NCBI RefSeq assembly: GCF_036321535.1
Contig: NC_087441.1
Span: forward strand, 6,944,001 to 7,008,000
Length of the DNA stretch: 64,000 bases
Source of the DNA: Camelus dromedarius
Taxonomy: Eukaryota
Direction of reading: 5' to 3'
Part shown: one piece after another, positions 48,001-60,000 of the stretch
Layout: each line of letters starts with the position of its first letter
Position numbering within the stretch: the stretch's first letter is position 1
Translations under genes and position numbers: made by a program
Notes under the pieces: generated by a model
The model's database searches: none
The model's input: only the letters and a program-made list of their open reading frames with translations
What the model was told of the DNA's origin: nothing

Positions 48001-51000
48001 GTTTCTTCTCTGGTTCCCTCCGGCTGCCGTCCACGGCTTCCCAATTCTGTTCCAGTTCTGTAACAACAGAAAAGCTTCTTCTGAGCCAAAGGCGGTGCTA
48101 TTTCTCTGCGAGTCACAGCACAAACGGTGACTGGGGGGAAGGCAGGTGAAGGCCCGAAGCCCACCAGGCCTGTGGCTGCGAAGCGCCAGGCGCGCACGCT
48201 GTGCACCCAGCTGGCTGGAGGCACAGAAACAGGAGAATCTTAGGCTTGTCCTGAACGTGACAGAAACAAGCCATCCAACAACAGCTCCTCAGAAGAGGCT
48301 TAACAGAGAGGCCAGAGGATTAAACAATAAAATTCTCCCAAGCCCCATGCTTGGAAATCAGATGCTGAAAAGCAAATCCAGACGCCAGCCCTGCCTTGGG
48401 ACTCGGAGGGCGCGGGCTGTCGATGACGCACCTGCCTTGGGACCCCAGATAAGGCCCGTGTGAGAGAAGGGACCCAGCCCTCTCCACACAAGCAGCCCAG
48501 CACAGGGATTAGCACTCGGGGCCACCGGAAGGAAAACAAGATACATGTGGTGCCTGAGCTGGGGCGGCTCGTGACCCAGTCCTCTGTGCACAGGAAAACA
48601 TCCACCCGGGCGGAGGGAGCAGACTCGGGACACACAGTAACTGCCCTGTCACAGGCGGTCACCTCGGGGCGCAGGCAGGTTCTTCCCTGTGTGTCTTACA
48701 CATTATCCCCACTTTACAGACGCAACTCACTTCTACAAAGGCCCAAGTCCAGGGCTGCTAAAGGACATCCCCATTCCGACTCTTCACCCTGCTCTGCCTC
48801 CGGCCAAATTTCAAGGCCCACGAGGCAGGGGTCGTTCGCTGTGGTCTCCCGGGCACCGAGTCCAGCCCCTGACCCGTAACAGATACTCAGCAAGCACAGC
48901 TTCAGAGAACAAATAAATTTACCTCGGCGGGTGTCCGCCGGGAGCCAGGCTGCTGTGACAAGCCCCTCCGTACAAGGACACAGCACCGCGTCCCAAGGGC
49001 ACCCACATCTATTCTCCTCTAAGCCTCATGAAGGGCTGGGCAGGGGACACGGACCCCACTTTAGAGGTGAGGCGAGGCAGTGAGACCCAGGGGAGAGCAG
49101 AGGGCAGAAGGCTGGACCCACGCAGCCCCACCGCCCTCACCCCAGGAGGGCAAGCCTCCGGGCCTGACAGCCCACGTGTTTAGTGGGAACACTGCCTACT
49201 CCAAGCCTGCTGTAAGAATTTGAGTAACTTTTAATTGAGACAGAACGGACACACACCACCGCATTCATTGCAGGCGTACCACCATAATGACTTGATCCGT
49301 GCATAGACTGGGAAAGGGAGACCCCGCAAGTCCACTTAACGTCCACACCATGTGTGTAACCACCATACACATACCAACATGTGTGGTGAGAACTTTTAAG
49401 ATCTACCCTCTTAGCAAGGAGAGCTTAAATTTAAAAAATAATAATAAGTTTCTAGTCTCAAAGCACAAGGCCTGGCACACAGAAAGTACTGGGCAATTTT
49501 TAGCCAACTCTGACAAGGTCAGCCCAAGGTATTCCAAGCAGAAAGCAGTAACGTCGACCTCAGAGTCAGACACCCTGCTTCCTAACTCAGTGTCACTTCT
49601 GCTATTGCAATGAGCAAAGAAGAGGGGCAAGGCCTAAATGCGATTAGCTGACAAAGAAACCAGTAACCGCACCTGCAAACATACTGGTGGGGAAGGTTCG
49701 AGTGAGCCCCGCGAGGGCCGCAGGCCTACCTGAGTGCCGGGCCAGCACCGACAGGTCGAAGCGCTGCCTCCCGTCAGAGACGCCGCAGAGGAGGGCCTCC
49801 TTCTCGTCCACGCAGGCGTACTTGGTGTCCCACGTGAAGAAGTAGGTGCAATCCACCTCTCCGGTGAACACAGGAGCCCCTTTCCCACCGTTACCTGTGC
49901 AATTTGTAAAGGGAAAAAGCACCCAGGATGTGACCAAAATGTAGGAACGTCAGAGGAGCAAGGGCAGAAACAGCACAGAGGACACCAACACCAGCTGTGC
50001 AGTCACACAGACTCGAGCCCCAACCCCCGGAGATCAGAGCGGCTTCTGTAAAGTGTCCGACAGTCACAACCCTCCAGGGCAGGCCTATGTCCCTCCCATC
50101 TCAGCAGGATGGTCCCAATAGGCCATAAGGCCATCTACAACACACTCAACGGGGTCTTGAAACGACTGTTCACGAGGAACATGTGAGCCACCAGGAGGGC
50201 TCTGCTGCTCGCAGGCTGCAGTCCGCCTCCAGCAGGCCCGTGAGCGCCCTCCAGGTCAGACCCGGGGGTTCACTGACAGGCCAGGGCTCTAGTTCTGGGA
50301 GTGCCACGGATTTAACAATGTGCTTGTGAGCAGGACAAGCTCCCCGGGATGCAACCCTGCAATGAAAGTTGGAGAGGGACAGTGTCTGCAGTCGCTCCCA
50401 ACTGAAGCGTGCAGAGGCCCAGCACCGCACTCCCACAGGCTCCAGCACCCTCGGTCTGCAGGGCGGCAGCACCAGGCACAGGTCTCTTCCGCCCTACTCA
50501 AACCAGCAGGCTGTCCACCCAGCAGCTCAGGGAGCCCCACAGGCCTCCCCACCGGGAGCCCTCCCAGCTCAGCTCTGCTCTGAAGGCAGCACTTTATGGG
50601 CCACTTCCCCGCTCCACGTAGCCTGGGATTCAGCAGACTTTGTTGACTTTTCCCAGACTAGAAACACTATCCCCTAGCCTTTCCAAGCTGGTGGACCGCT
50701 GGCATGAAGGTCCATTTTCCACCCCTTGATGGCTTAATAATCCTCCTCTGGACCTCCTACATGATTTGCTTTTCTTGAGGTTTCGTGCCCTGAAGTGCAC
50801 AATGTTCTAAAGGAAAGGGAAATAATATTTTGGACCAAGGGCAAATGACATTTCAATTGCCATTCCTGTGAAATCTTTAATACCATAAACATCATAATCA
50901 TAACACCAGCGACAGTGGTTGATCTGCACAGAGCGCAAGGACGCTGTGCTGAGCGTTAAGCGCCCTGTGGGGACCCGCTGCCCCAAACAGGCTCTGCGTG

Positions 51001-54000
51001 AAGTACTCAATATAAAATGTCAGTGCATCTCATCCCAAAAACTCAATGGCACAGGTACAGGTTTAGCCCCATTACGCAGATTTAGGCAGGCTAAATAATT
51101 TGCCTATGGTTTCACAGCTAGAATGCTGGGGAGCCAGAAATCAACCCCAGACGGTCTGGCCCCAGAGCCAGACTCAACCACAAGGCAATGCTTCCCTCCG
51201 CTACTGTGGGTTTCTTTCTTCTGTTTTTCGGGGGTTTTTTGTTTTTTTTTAAAGTGAGTACTCAAAGCCGTTCTCTTTAAGCAGCAGCATTCCCAGCCTC
51301 CTTTCTGACAACACTGAGCCCACCCACCCTCCCTTGGCTTGGACCCCTGCCCCCCCACCCCACGGAAGGAGCCAGGAAGCTCCTACGCATCTTTCCACCC
51401 CCATCCCTCCTCCCCACGGTTTACATACAGCTTCCTCCCACTGGATTGGTATTTCACTCGTCACAAAAGGCCTGTTTCCTCAAAACTTGAAGCATTCACA
51501 GTGCTTTTCTTTTACCAGGTAAATTTACAAGTGATTGAATGACACTAGGAATGCTTCTAGGGTCCATCCCTACTTGGGAGCTAGATTTGCATGTGAAACT
51601 AACAATCTGCTGGGAGAGTCCATTTTAAATAACCATTGGCATGCACCTCACTGGCATTCTCATTTAATTCCTCAAAGAATTTCAGGAGAATAGTTAAGAC
51701 TCCTCTCTACCCAAGCACATTGTTTATTTGTTTTTAAGCACAATGGCCTTGCCTTCAGGACCACTTTTCCTGGGGCCAACAGTTTCCTTCCACCAGCAGG
51801 GTTAGTATTACTTTTCTGCAGTCTCCGCATCCTGGCCCCCCAGCCTCCAGCATTCACTCCCCAGCATGTTACCTGGCCTCAGGGCATGTGGATCCCCTGA
51901 CCAGCTGAAGGGCAAGCGGGCTCTTCCTGTGGAAAAAGCTCTCGGCATCAAATTTTTCCTCTAGGCGCACTAAACTACATTCCCCACCTCCCTGCCTTTG
52001 AGGCTGGGACGTGCCTTTTACTTCTGGTGATAAAAAACTGCTGCTCCCATTCTGCAGAGTCCTAGGAAGCCAAGTCTACAGATACAAGATGCAAAGTACA
52101 AAGGTCCCCAAGTGACTGTGAGACAGGAGGGGAGGGGGCAGGGCACAATCACTCAAAGAATGACACAGCAATTAGCCCTGAAGCGGAGGAACATTCAACC
52201 CCTAGCAGGCCTTGAGGCCCAAGATGGTGGGAGATCTGACTTCTAACAGACCTTGAACTTCATTATGCACCCCACTGTAATATATTAACATGGTAAATGG
52301 CCTTCCTACAGGCGCCATGACAGTTCCAAGGCTGACCGTGAAAGGTCAAAAAGTTGGCAGTGGCCCAATTCCTGGGAATCCTAGCCCCTTCCCCAAAGTA
52401 GCTGGAATAATCCTCCCACTTGTTAGCACATGAAGCTACTGAGCCCATAAAAACCAGCAACCCCGCACTGTCTATGAAGTGTGTATCTACTTTTACTTTA
52501 AATTGAGCACCCAACCCCTACACCTCGTGACTTTTCTCTGGCCTTCTGAAACAGCCTGCACTCTGTCTACGGAGGAGGCATCTCTCTGAATAAACCTACC
52601 TTTACTCAACTGTGGCTCAGTCTTGAATTCTTTGCTGTGTGAAGCCAAGGCCCCACACTTGGCGGGGCACATCCCAGGGACTCAACCGAGACCTGGGACA
52701 CGGCCATCCTCTCACCCCACATTTTTCCTGCATCAACAACATGGAGCAGGGCCCCCTCAAGACCTGCACTGAACTAAAGAAAATAACTTATTATTAAATG
52801 TAATAAGGAGCCACTTAAATCTGTGGATGGTTGTTCACTGGCCTATCATTCCTCCCCCCAAAATGGTCTAATGTTCTTATCTGACAGGATCACCACCACC
52901 AATACGTTTAATTTATATCAAACCAGATGTAAATTACTAAAATGAAAGAATACACATATCATGGATAGAAAAAAAATGCATGCACCTTTGTATCTTGAAA
53001 GGCATGAAACCCTTGATTGATAAGCATAAATAATTGCTGGAGGTCCAAGTTGAACTATAAACCACAGTTCACAATACTACAGCCTCAATTAACACCCATT
53101 CAACATGCAAAACTACATTATTACGTTTACCCAATGAACACAGAATCCACTGAGGGGCTTTCTCTAAAAACTCTAAATTTAAATTTGCACAAACTAATAA
53201 TGAAATGACTTCATAGTATACAGGCAACATAGCACATCTAGCATACAGTTTGCTCTGAATCACAGAGCTGGAGGGAGTCAAATATTTCATAGTTCAACTC
53301 CAGCCTGAGGGCAGGCTCGAAATCTCCCACAAAATACCTACCACCTCTGTCTGGTCTCCGAGTCACAATCACAATGAAATGAGCCTACAGAGATGTGAGT
53401 CTTCAGTATGAGGGCCTCTCTGTTAGTTTTGTCCTATCTGATGATGGCACTGAGGTCACATAAAGGTACATCCTCTCTCAGAGTCAGGGTGGTGTGTTAT
53501 CACCCATCAACGACACACACGGAGGAGATAAACATGGAGCAAATTTGGCAAAACATTCATGACCGTTAAGCCTAGAGTGGTGGGCACATAAGTTTTCACT
53601 GTAATGTTCATTATTTATATATCTGAAAACTTTCATAATAAAAAGCAAAAAAGGAAAAACAAATGGCCTCAAGCATTTCTGGGCTCTAGCTTTCCAGCAC
53701 CACTCCTGGACGTCCATACCTCTTCCCTGAGTCCCTGACCACGTGTCTTCTCAGTACCCTCCTCGGGTCTGCTGGGGTCTCTCTGGATCATTATTCTAGC
53801 CTCCCAGCATGCCCAAATGAGACCAGCACATTCCCAAAGACCTCGGCCAAGTCATTTATAAAAATCGCAGACAGACCGGGGCCAAAAGGGTTAACAACAG
53901 GGCGGAAGGAGACGGGCAGCAGCAGGGCAGCCCAGCCCGCAGGGGCAGCCCGAGGGTCGGAGGGTCTGGGGAGTTGGAATGTGGAGGAGGCTGGCCTTTC

Positions 54001-57000
54001 CACGGAATTGGACACAGAGCAGAAGAGGTGGACTTCAGAAAGGGTCTCCTACAAGCCTAGAAGAGGTGAGGGTGATGGAAGAAAGGAGAATCTGGGGAGG
54101 GCAGAGGCACCCAAACCAGAGGGAGACATACCCAAAGGCCACACCCAGGCCAGACGCGGGCCACCCCCTGGTTAAAGTCCCTTTGCACGGATTTCTACAT
54201 CAAGTCCAGCTCCTCTGCAGGACCTACAAGCTTTTCACCATGTGGCTCCAGTCCCCTTTCTAGGGTCATCGTTAGCCACGTTCTGGACCCATAGCTCTGA
54301 CCTGCTCACAGCTTCCCCAGTTCACACCTCTGCATGAGCTGTTCCCTCTGCCAGAAGCCGAGTGCCCACAGGTCCCCATCTTCTGCTCCTGGTTTACCCC
54401 TACTTGTCCTGCAGGGCTCACCCAAGCAGCACCTCCTCTCATCTAACTGCCTGCCCCTTACAGATACCCACCAACCTCAGGGTCTCCCTCCTGATAAAGA
54501 CCCAGTGACAGTGCTTGCTGCCCGGGCGCTCCATCTAGCCTGCATCAGCCTGCACCGCAGTCATCACTCTCCGGATCTCCCTCTGCTTCTGGTCTATGAA
54601 TGCATGGAGGCTCTCCATCATCTCAGCATCCTTAGGCCCCAGAGGGTCGAAGCAAACAGGTGCTAATAAAATGTGTGTTGAATGAATCGACTGAGAACAC
54701 AAAAAGTTCAGTGAACAGAACCCAACGTCACACCAGAGTGCACGATGGGGAGCAAGGAGGGCTGGCAGGTAACAGTAGAGCTGTGAACAAGGGTGACTAC
54801 AGACAGAAATGACAGGAGTCAACGGGACATCCTGACATAAGGTCCTCCATTTGCGCCCTTAGGTCACTCTCCACTTACTCTCCAAGCTGCTTATCAGCGC
54901 CTGGTGCTCGTCACCACCTCTCCTGACCACTGTCACTGTCACAGATACACTCCTGAAGCACAGCAGCCCCTCCCAGGCCCCTCAGTGAATCATGAAGGAG
55001 GCTTCCCTGTGACCAGATGGTCAAAAGCTCTACCACAGAAACACACCAAACAAACAGCAGGAAGGGCCAGGAGACCCTCAGGGGCGGGGCTGCTGTGCAG
55101 GCCTATGCAAACGGGGCTGGACCCAGGCGGCTCCAGGACCGAGCCCATGCGGAGGCTTGGCCAGCTTGCAGAGCAGCTGAGGTCCCCACTTGGAGGTGCT
55201 CAGGTGGGACAGCTTTCTTATGACAGTGGGGTCCCATGCATCCCTGCAGATGCAACCCGAGTCCAGAACGTTGGAGACACAGGCAGCAGCCTGGCTTTTT
55301 GCAATGCCAGTGCCATCGTAACTTCAAGGCCACTTCTCCCACTGCTCAGGAAAACCAAACGTTTGTTTAAGCTTGCCCTGTTACCTCTCATGATCCCAAA
55401 GCCTAGGCTGTAATGGGGAGTCACCATTTACAAAAAGACTCACCTAGAAACTCATCTCCTAAAAGAAGAGCTGTTCAGCAACAACCCACTTGGAGCTGGT
55501 GACTCAATGCGGCCTGCCGGCTCTGCACGCGCTCCAGTGAGAGCCAGGGCTCAGGACGGAACGCTTGCCCAGCAAGCCAGTGCTGGGCCCATGCCCAAAA
55601 CAAACAGAGCACGGGGGAAAATGGAAACAGGATGTGTGTGTCGTGGGTGGGGCGGAGCTGGGGTTCTCCTGCCCGCTCCAACAGAGGAACCTAGGCTGGG
55701 ACCTGGAGGTGGCCGAGTCTGAAGGAGGACACTTGGCCTCTCCACCCAGCGCTCATCCATGCAGACGTGGTGAAGCCCAGGGCCCGCTCACCTGCAGACT
55801 GACTGCACTCGAAGTTGATGACGCTCATGCGCTGGAAGCCAGAGCTGCACTCGTCACCTCCAAAGTAGATCAAGGTGAGGTCTCCGTCGGAGTACCTGGA
55901 TTTTTTAACACGCACACAAACATTTGGTAGAACCAAGAAACTTGAATTTTTAAACATGTCTATATTAAGTCTTTTGCACACCGTCCACAAATCAGCACTG
56001 ACAGAAAACAGCAAGCTCTCCCGCCAGCTGGGAAAGAATTGTCTCAAGGAAATGAGTTCCAAATGTGCGGGGCTTGTCATCCCCTTATTTCAAAGTAAGA
56101 ACTGGCTGGAAGAAAGCACTGAAGGTTTTACTCTGAGCACAAAGACCCCTCTGCTCTCATTTTTGGATTTTGTACAAAATAAGTGATGCCCAAGAAGACA
56201 CAGCGTTGCGAGCAACTGCCCTAAGACGTCTCACCTGAGGGATCCTGAACAACGCTTATTTTTTCAGAGAACTACGCTTTTGCAACGCTTCTGTGCATGT
56301 AACAACCAAGGTAAGGGTTGCAAGAATGTGATGAATGCTTTCCCCGTTGTTTAAAACTTTTGTTGCAGGAGGAGGGTGTAGCTCAGTGGTAGAGTGTGTG
56401 TTTAGCATGCACGAGGTCCTGGGTTCAATCCCCAGGACCTCCCTTAAAAATAAACAGGTAAGTAAAAAAATAAACCTGATTACCCTCCCTCCCCCAAAAA
56501 AGAAAAAAAAAACAAAAAAACTTTGGGGAATGCCAATGGTGTTTCAGATTCTCAAACCGCCAAAGGAAAAACAGTAACAACAAAAAATCAAAACTCCTCA
56601 GAAACATAAATCTTAGGATTACAAAAGCCAAATAAAGCGATTAAATAATCTTCCTACAGTGTGGCTCCTTACAAACAACATAAAGCAAATGGTATGAACA
56701 GAACTCCCTGACGGTGAAGCCCAGGAAAGCATCCACCTGCTCAGGGGCAGACGGCAACATGCCCGAGTCAAGCAGGAAAGCGTGCAGGCTAAGCTGATGT
56801 CCTGCACTTTGTGCAAAACGCGAGGAAGAGGCAGACAAGGGGAGGTTTCACAGGAAGACACACAAGGCACTTCAAAGTGATGCGAAGGCGGTACCCACCG
56901 GAGGGTTTGATTCTGGAGATTTCCTGCCACTTTGGCTTGAGTGGAATCTGACTTTTTCACTTGGCAAACAGCAGCATCCTTCTTATTACAGACCTGTGCT

Positions 57001-60000
57001 TCGGTTCCTCCACAGATATTCAAATAAAAAACATATTCTTCTCCATCTGAAGTGTAGTGTGGGGAGCTTGAAGCTAAGGAAACAGCGATAAACCAGAGGA
57101 AGCCTCGTTACAAGCCCGGGTGGGACAAAGTCCCAGCACGTCTTTACTCAAACCAGTAACACCCGGCCCCTGGCAGGGGAGCTCACCCCAGGGCTCCCGG
57201 CCCCGCTCCCACTTCTCGGCCCCCAGGCCCCGCCTCACCCCCGTCCTGGACAAGTGGCTGGAGGTTGATGGCGATGTCGTGCTGCTCACTGCTCAGAGAG
57301 CAGCTCCTACTTTCCAGATAATCCCTGTGGCAGGCGTACTCCGTGACCCACTCGATTTCATAGCGGCAGTTGGATTTTGCTGTGAGCTTGGGAAGGGTGC
57401 CCTAGTAAAGACGGTTTGAAAGAAGCGAAAGTAATTTTTTTTCACGCAGTTTAAAGGCCGATGTCCTATGCTTCTGAAAAGCTCAAAAGTATGTTGTTGG
57501 GTTTCGACGTGTTTCTGTTCTTGTTTCTGAATCAGCACTGCTCTCAGCAGATTTCCACTATTTGACCTACAACCACTCCATTTCCTCCCAGCTCCTCTGG
57601 TCACTTTCAGAGTCACAGGCAATTCAGCCCGTGAGCCCGCCCGGAACCAGTGTCACATGACCACCATGCCCTCTTGTGACGGGCACGTGCTCCATTCACC
57701 CCGTCAGTCAGAGGTGCTGCTGAGCCTGGGCCACACGCAGCCCCAAGGTGAGTGGCAATCATTGCGCACGTGTGCATCTGCGGAGACAGTCCTCAACCCC
57801 TTTCCTAAGACTGTCAGAGGGGTCTTGGGCACACCTCACCTGTTCCAGCCCCCAGGTGAAGCCAGGGCGTCACCCACCACAAACCCGGATTCTGGGAAGG
57901 ATGCTATGAGGTCGCTGTTCACTGGGGTACAGTGTCATCTTTCTAAACTTCCTTGGGAGAAACGCTTTACTGGTCTTAGTATCAGGACGAACAGCTGTGC
58001 TACTTCCAGGCCCCCTCACTCTGCAAACGTTGACTGAGCACCTGCAACGTGCCAGGCAGTCCTAAGGGCCAGATTTACCAAATAACAGGTCACGTGATTA
58101 TTAAGTTGCAGAGTTACAAGTCCAGCTCCAACTGGTGACTCCAAATTGATGCTTTAACCCCTCATCTCAGGGCAGTCTGACATACATACAGGGATGTGGT
58201 CCAAGTGCTGGGTGAGGGGCAGAACACCAAAGGCCACATAGTGTGTGATTCCACTTAAGGGAGACGTCAGGCAAGGCAGATGCAGAGAGAGAAAGGAAGC
58301 TCATGGTCACCAGGGCTCAGGGGGAAAGGGGAGTGAGCGCAACTGGGCCCAAGGTTTCTCCGGGTTGATGGAAATGTTCTAACACAGACTGTGGCAATGA
58401 TTGTGCAATTCTGTTAATATACTGATAACCACTAAGTTGTACTTAAAACAGTTGAATTTTCAAAGTATGTCAATAAAATTTTTAAAGATCTATATGACAA
58501 GGTGAACGTTTACTAAAGTTTCAGCTCCTAAAAGCATTCAATAAGCCAGCAGAAACGCTTCAATAAAACCTTCAAGCATTAAGGCATCCAAGCACACGGC
58601 ACCCAAGTTCTGCCCCAGGAACAGTCAGGCTGAAAACAGAACCACTAGGTCCACCGAGAACACCCTGGCCTCCCCCTCTAACCCCCGTGAGCGCCTCACA
58701 GACCCCGGAGAAGAACGAGGGAAGCCCCCAATCCTCCTCGCCGTGACTGGGTGAGATGATTCTCACTGGACATGGCACAAATAAGAAAGGGAAACACTAG
58801 AACCACTGCCAGCTTAGAGCCATCTCATCAGGCTTAAAAGACTCAGATTCACATTCGACTACTGGTCAATCGGGCCTTCGCTCCACTGACACCACGTGGC
58901 CCTGGAAGTCTAGGGACATAAAAACGAAAGCCGGCCTGCACTGTACTTTTGTCCCCCACCCCCACCCCCACCCCTAGACATAAAACAGGCCAGTAGCCAG
59001 AAACCAGAGCAAATTCCATGTTTGCTTGGGGGGCAGGGAAGGGAGGACATTCTTTGGCAAAAGAATTCAGTTCCTCCTACTTCATTCTATTAGGAGAGGG
59101 CAGAAATAAATTGCAGGAAAGCCCACCCTTCCTCCCTGGAGAATGTCTCCCTCGAACCGCATCTGCTGAGACACTTACACAGAAGCGGCATGTGCACCAC
59201 AGCTGGGCACGGGGCCCAGGGGCACGCCAGACTCGGGCCCTACCCTCAAGGAGTGCACAGCTGCCTGAGAACTGAGTGAACAGCCAGGGGGCAGGGCATT
59301 CATCTGCCCGAGAGTGTGGGAAGGGAGGGCGGGCAGGCGAAGTGGACCTCCTCCATGAAATGTAGGAACCCTGTCATCTCTGACACCGGCATCCACCCCC
59401 ACTTCCGTCGCCGGCCTGCCCAATTTCTGCCCGGTATACACACCATCTGTACCACCCGTTTCTTACTACGTTTCTATAAACCAGTGCGCTATTTTTAACT
59501 TGTCTCATCCTAAGCAATTCAGAGCCATGAAATCACAGGTTCAGGATTCTACGGATGGTTTCTCAAATAACTCATTCAAATCAGCATAACTATAAAAAGG
59601 TTTTAACTCTGTCCATGAATCACTTACAATCACTCACACACCACCTGAGCAGAACACCATCCTATCAGCAGGGGTAGGGCCCCTCCGGGTGGCTGAGGAA
59701 AATCAAACAGCAAGCTGTCCCCCCACCCACCCCAAGCCTCACAGGGGGGCCCAGGACCAGCCCAGGAAGCATGTCTTCCAGCTCCCCCGGCATCCCCCAC
59801 ACCTGGCCCCACCGCCCGGCTGCACCCCCAGCCCTGCCGCCCCTCCACTGCGGGGAGGTCGCCCAAGACCAGGCCCTCACCTCTCTGCGCTCCGATGGGC
59901 AGACAAATGTAATAGTCACCGCCGGGCTGTGACCGTCACAAAAGTCTGGCTGGATTGCCTCTTCCTTGACGTAGCTCAGGACAAGCCTGCGGGAGACACG

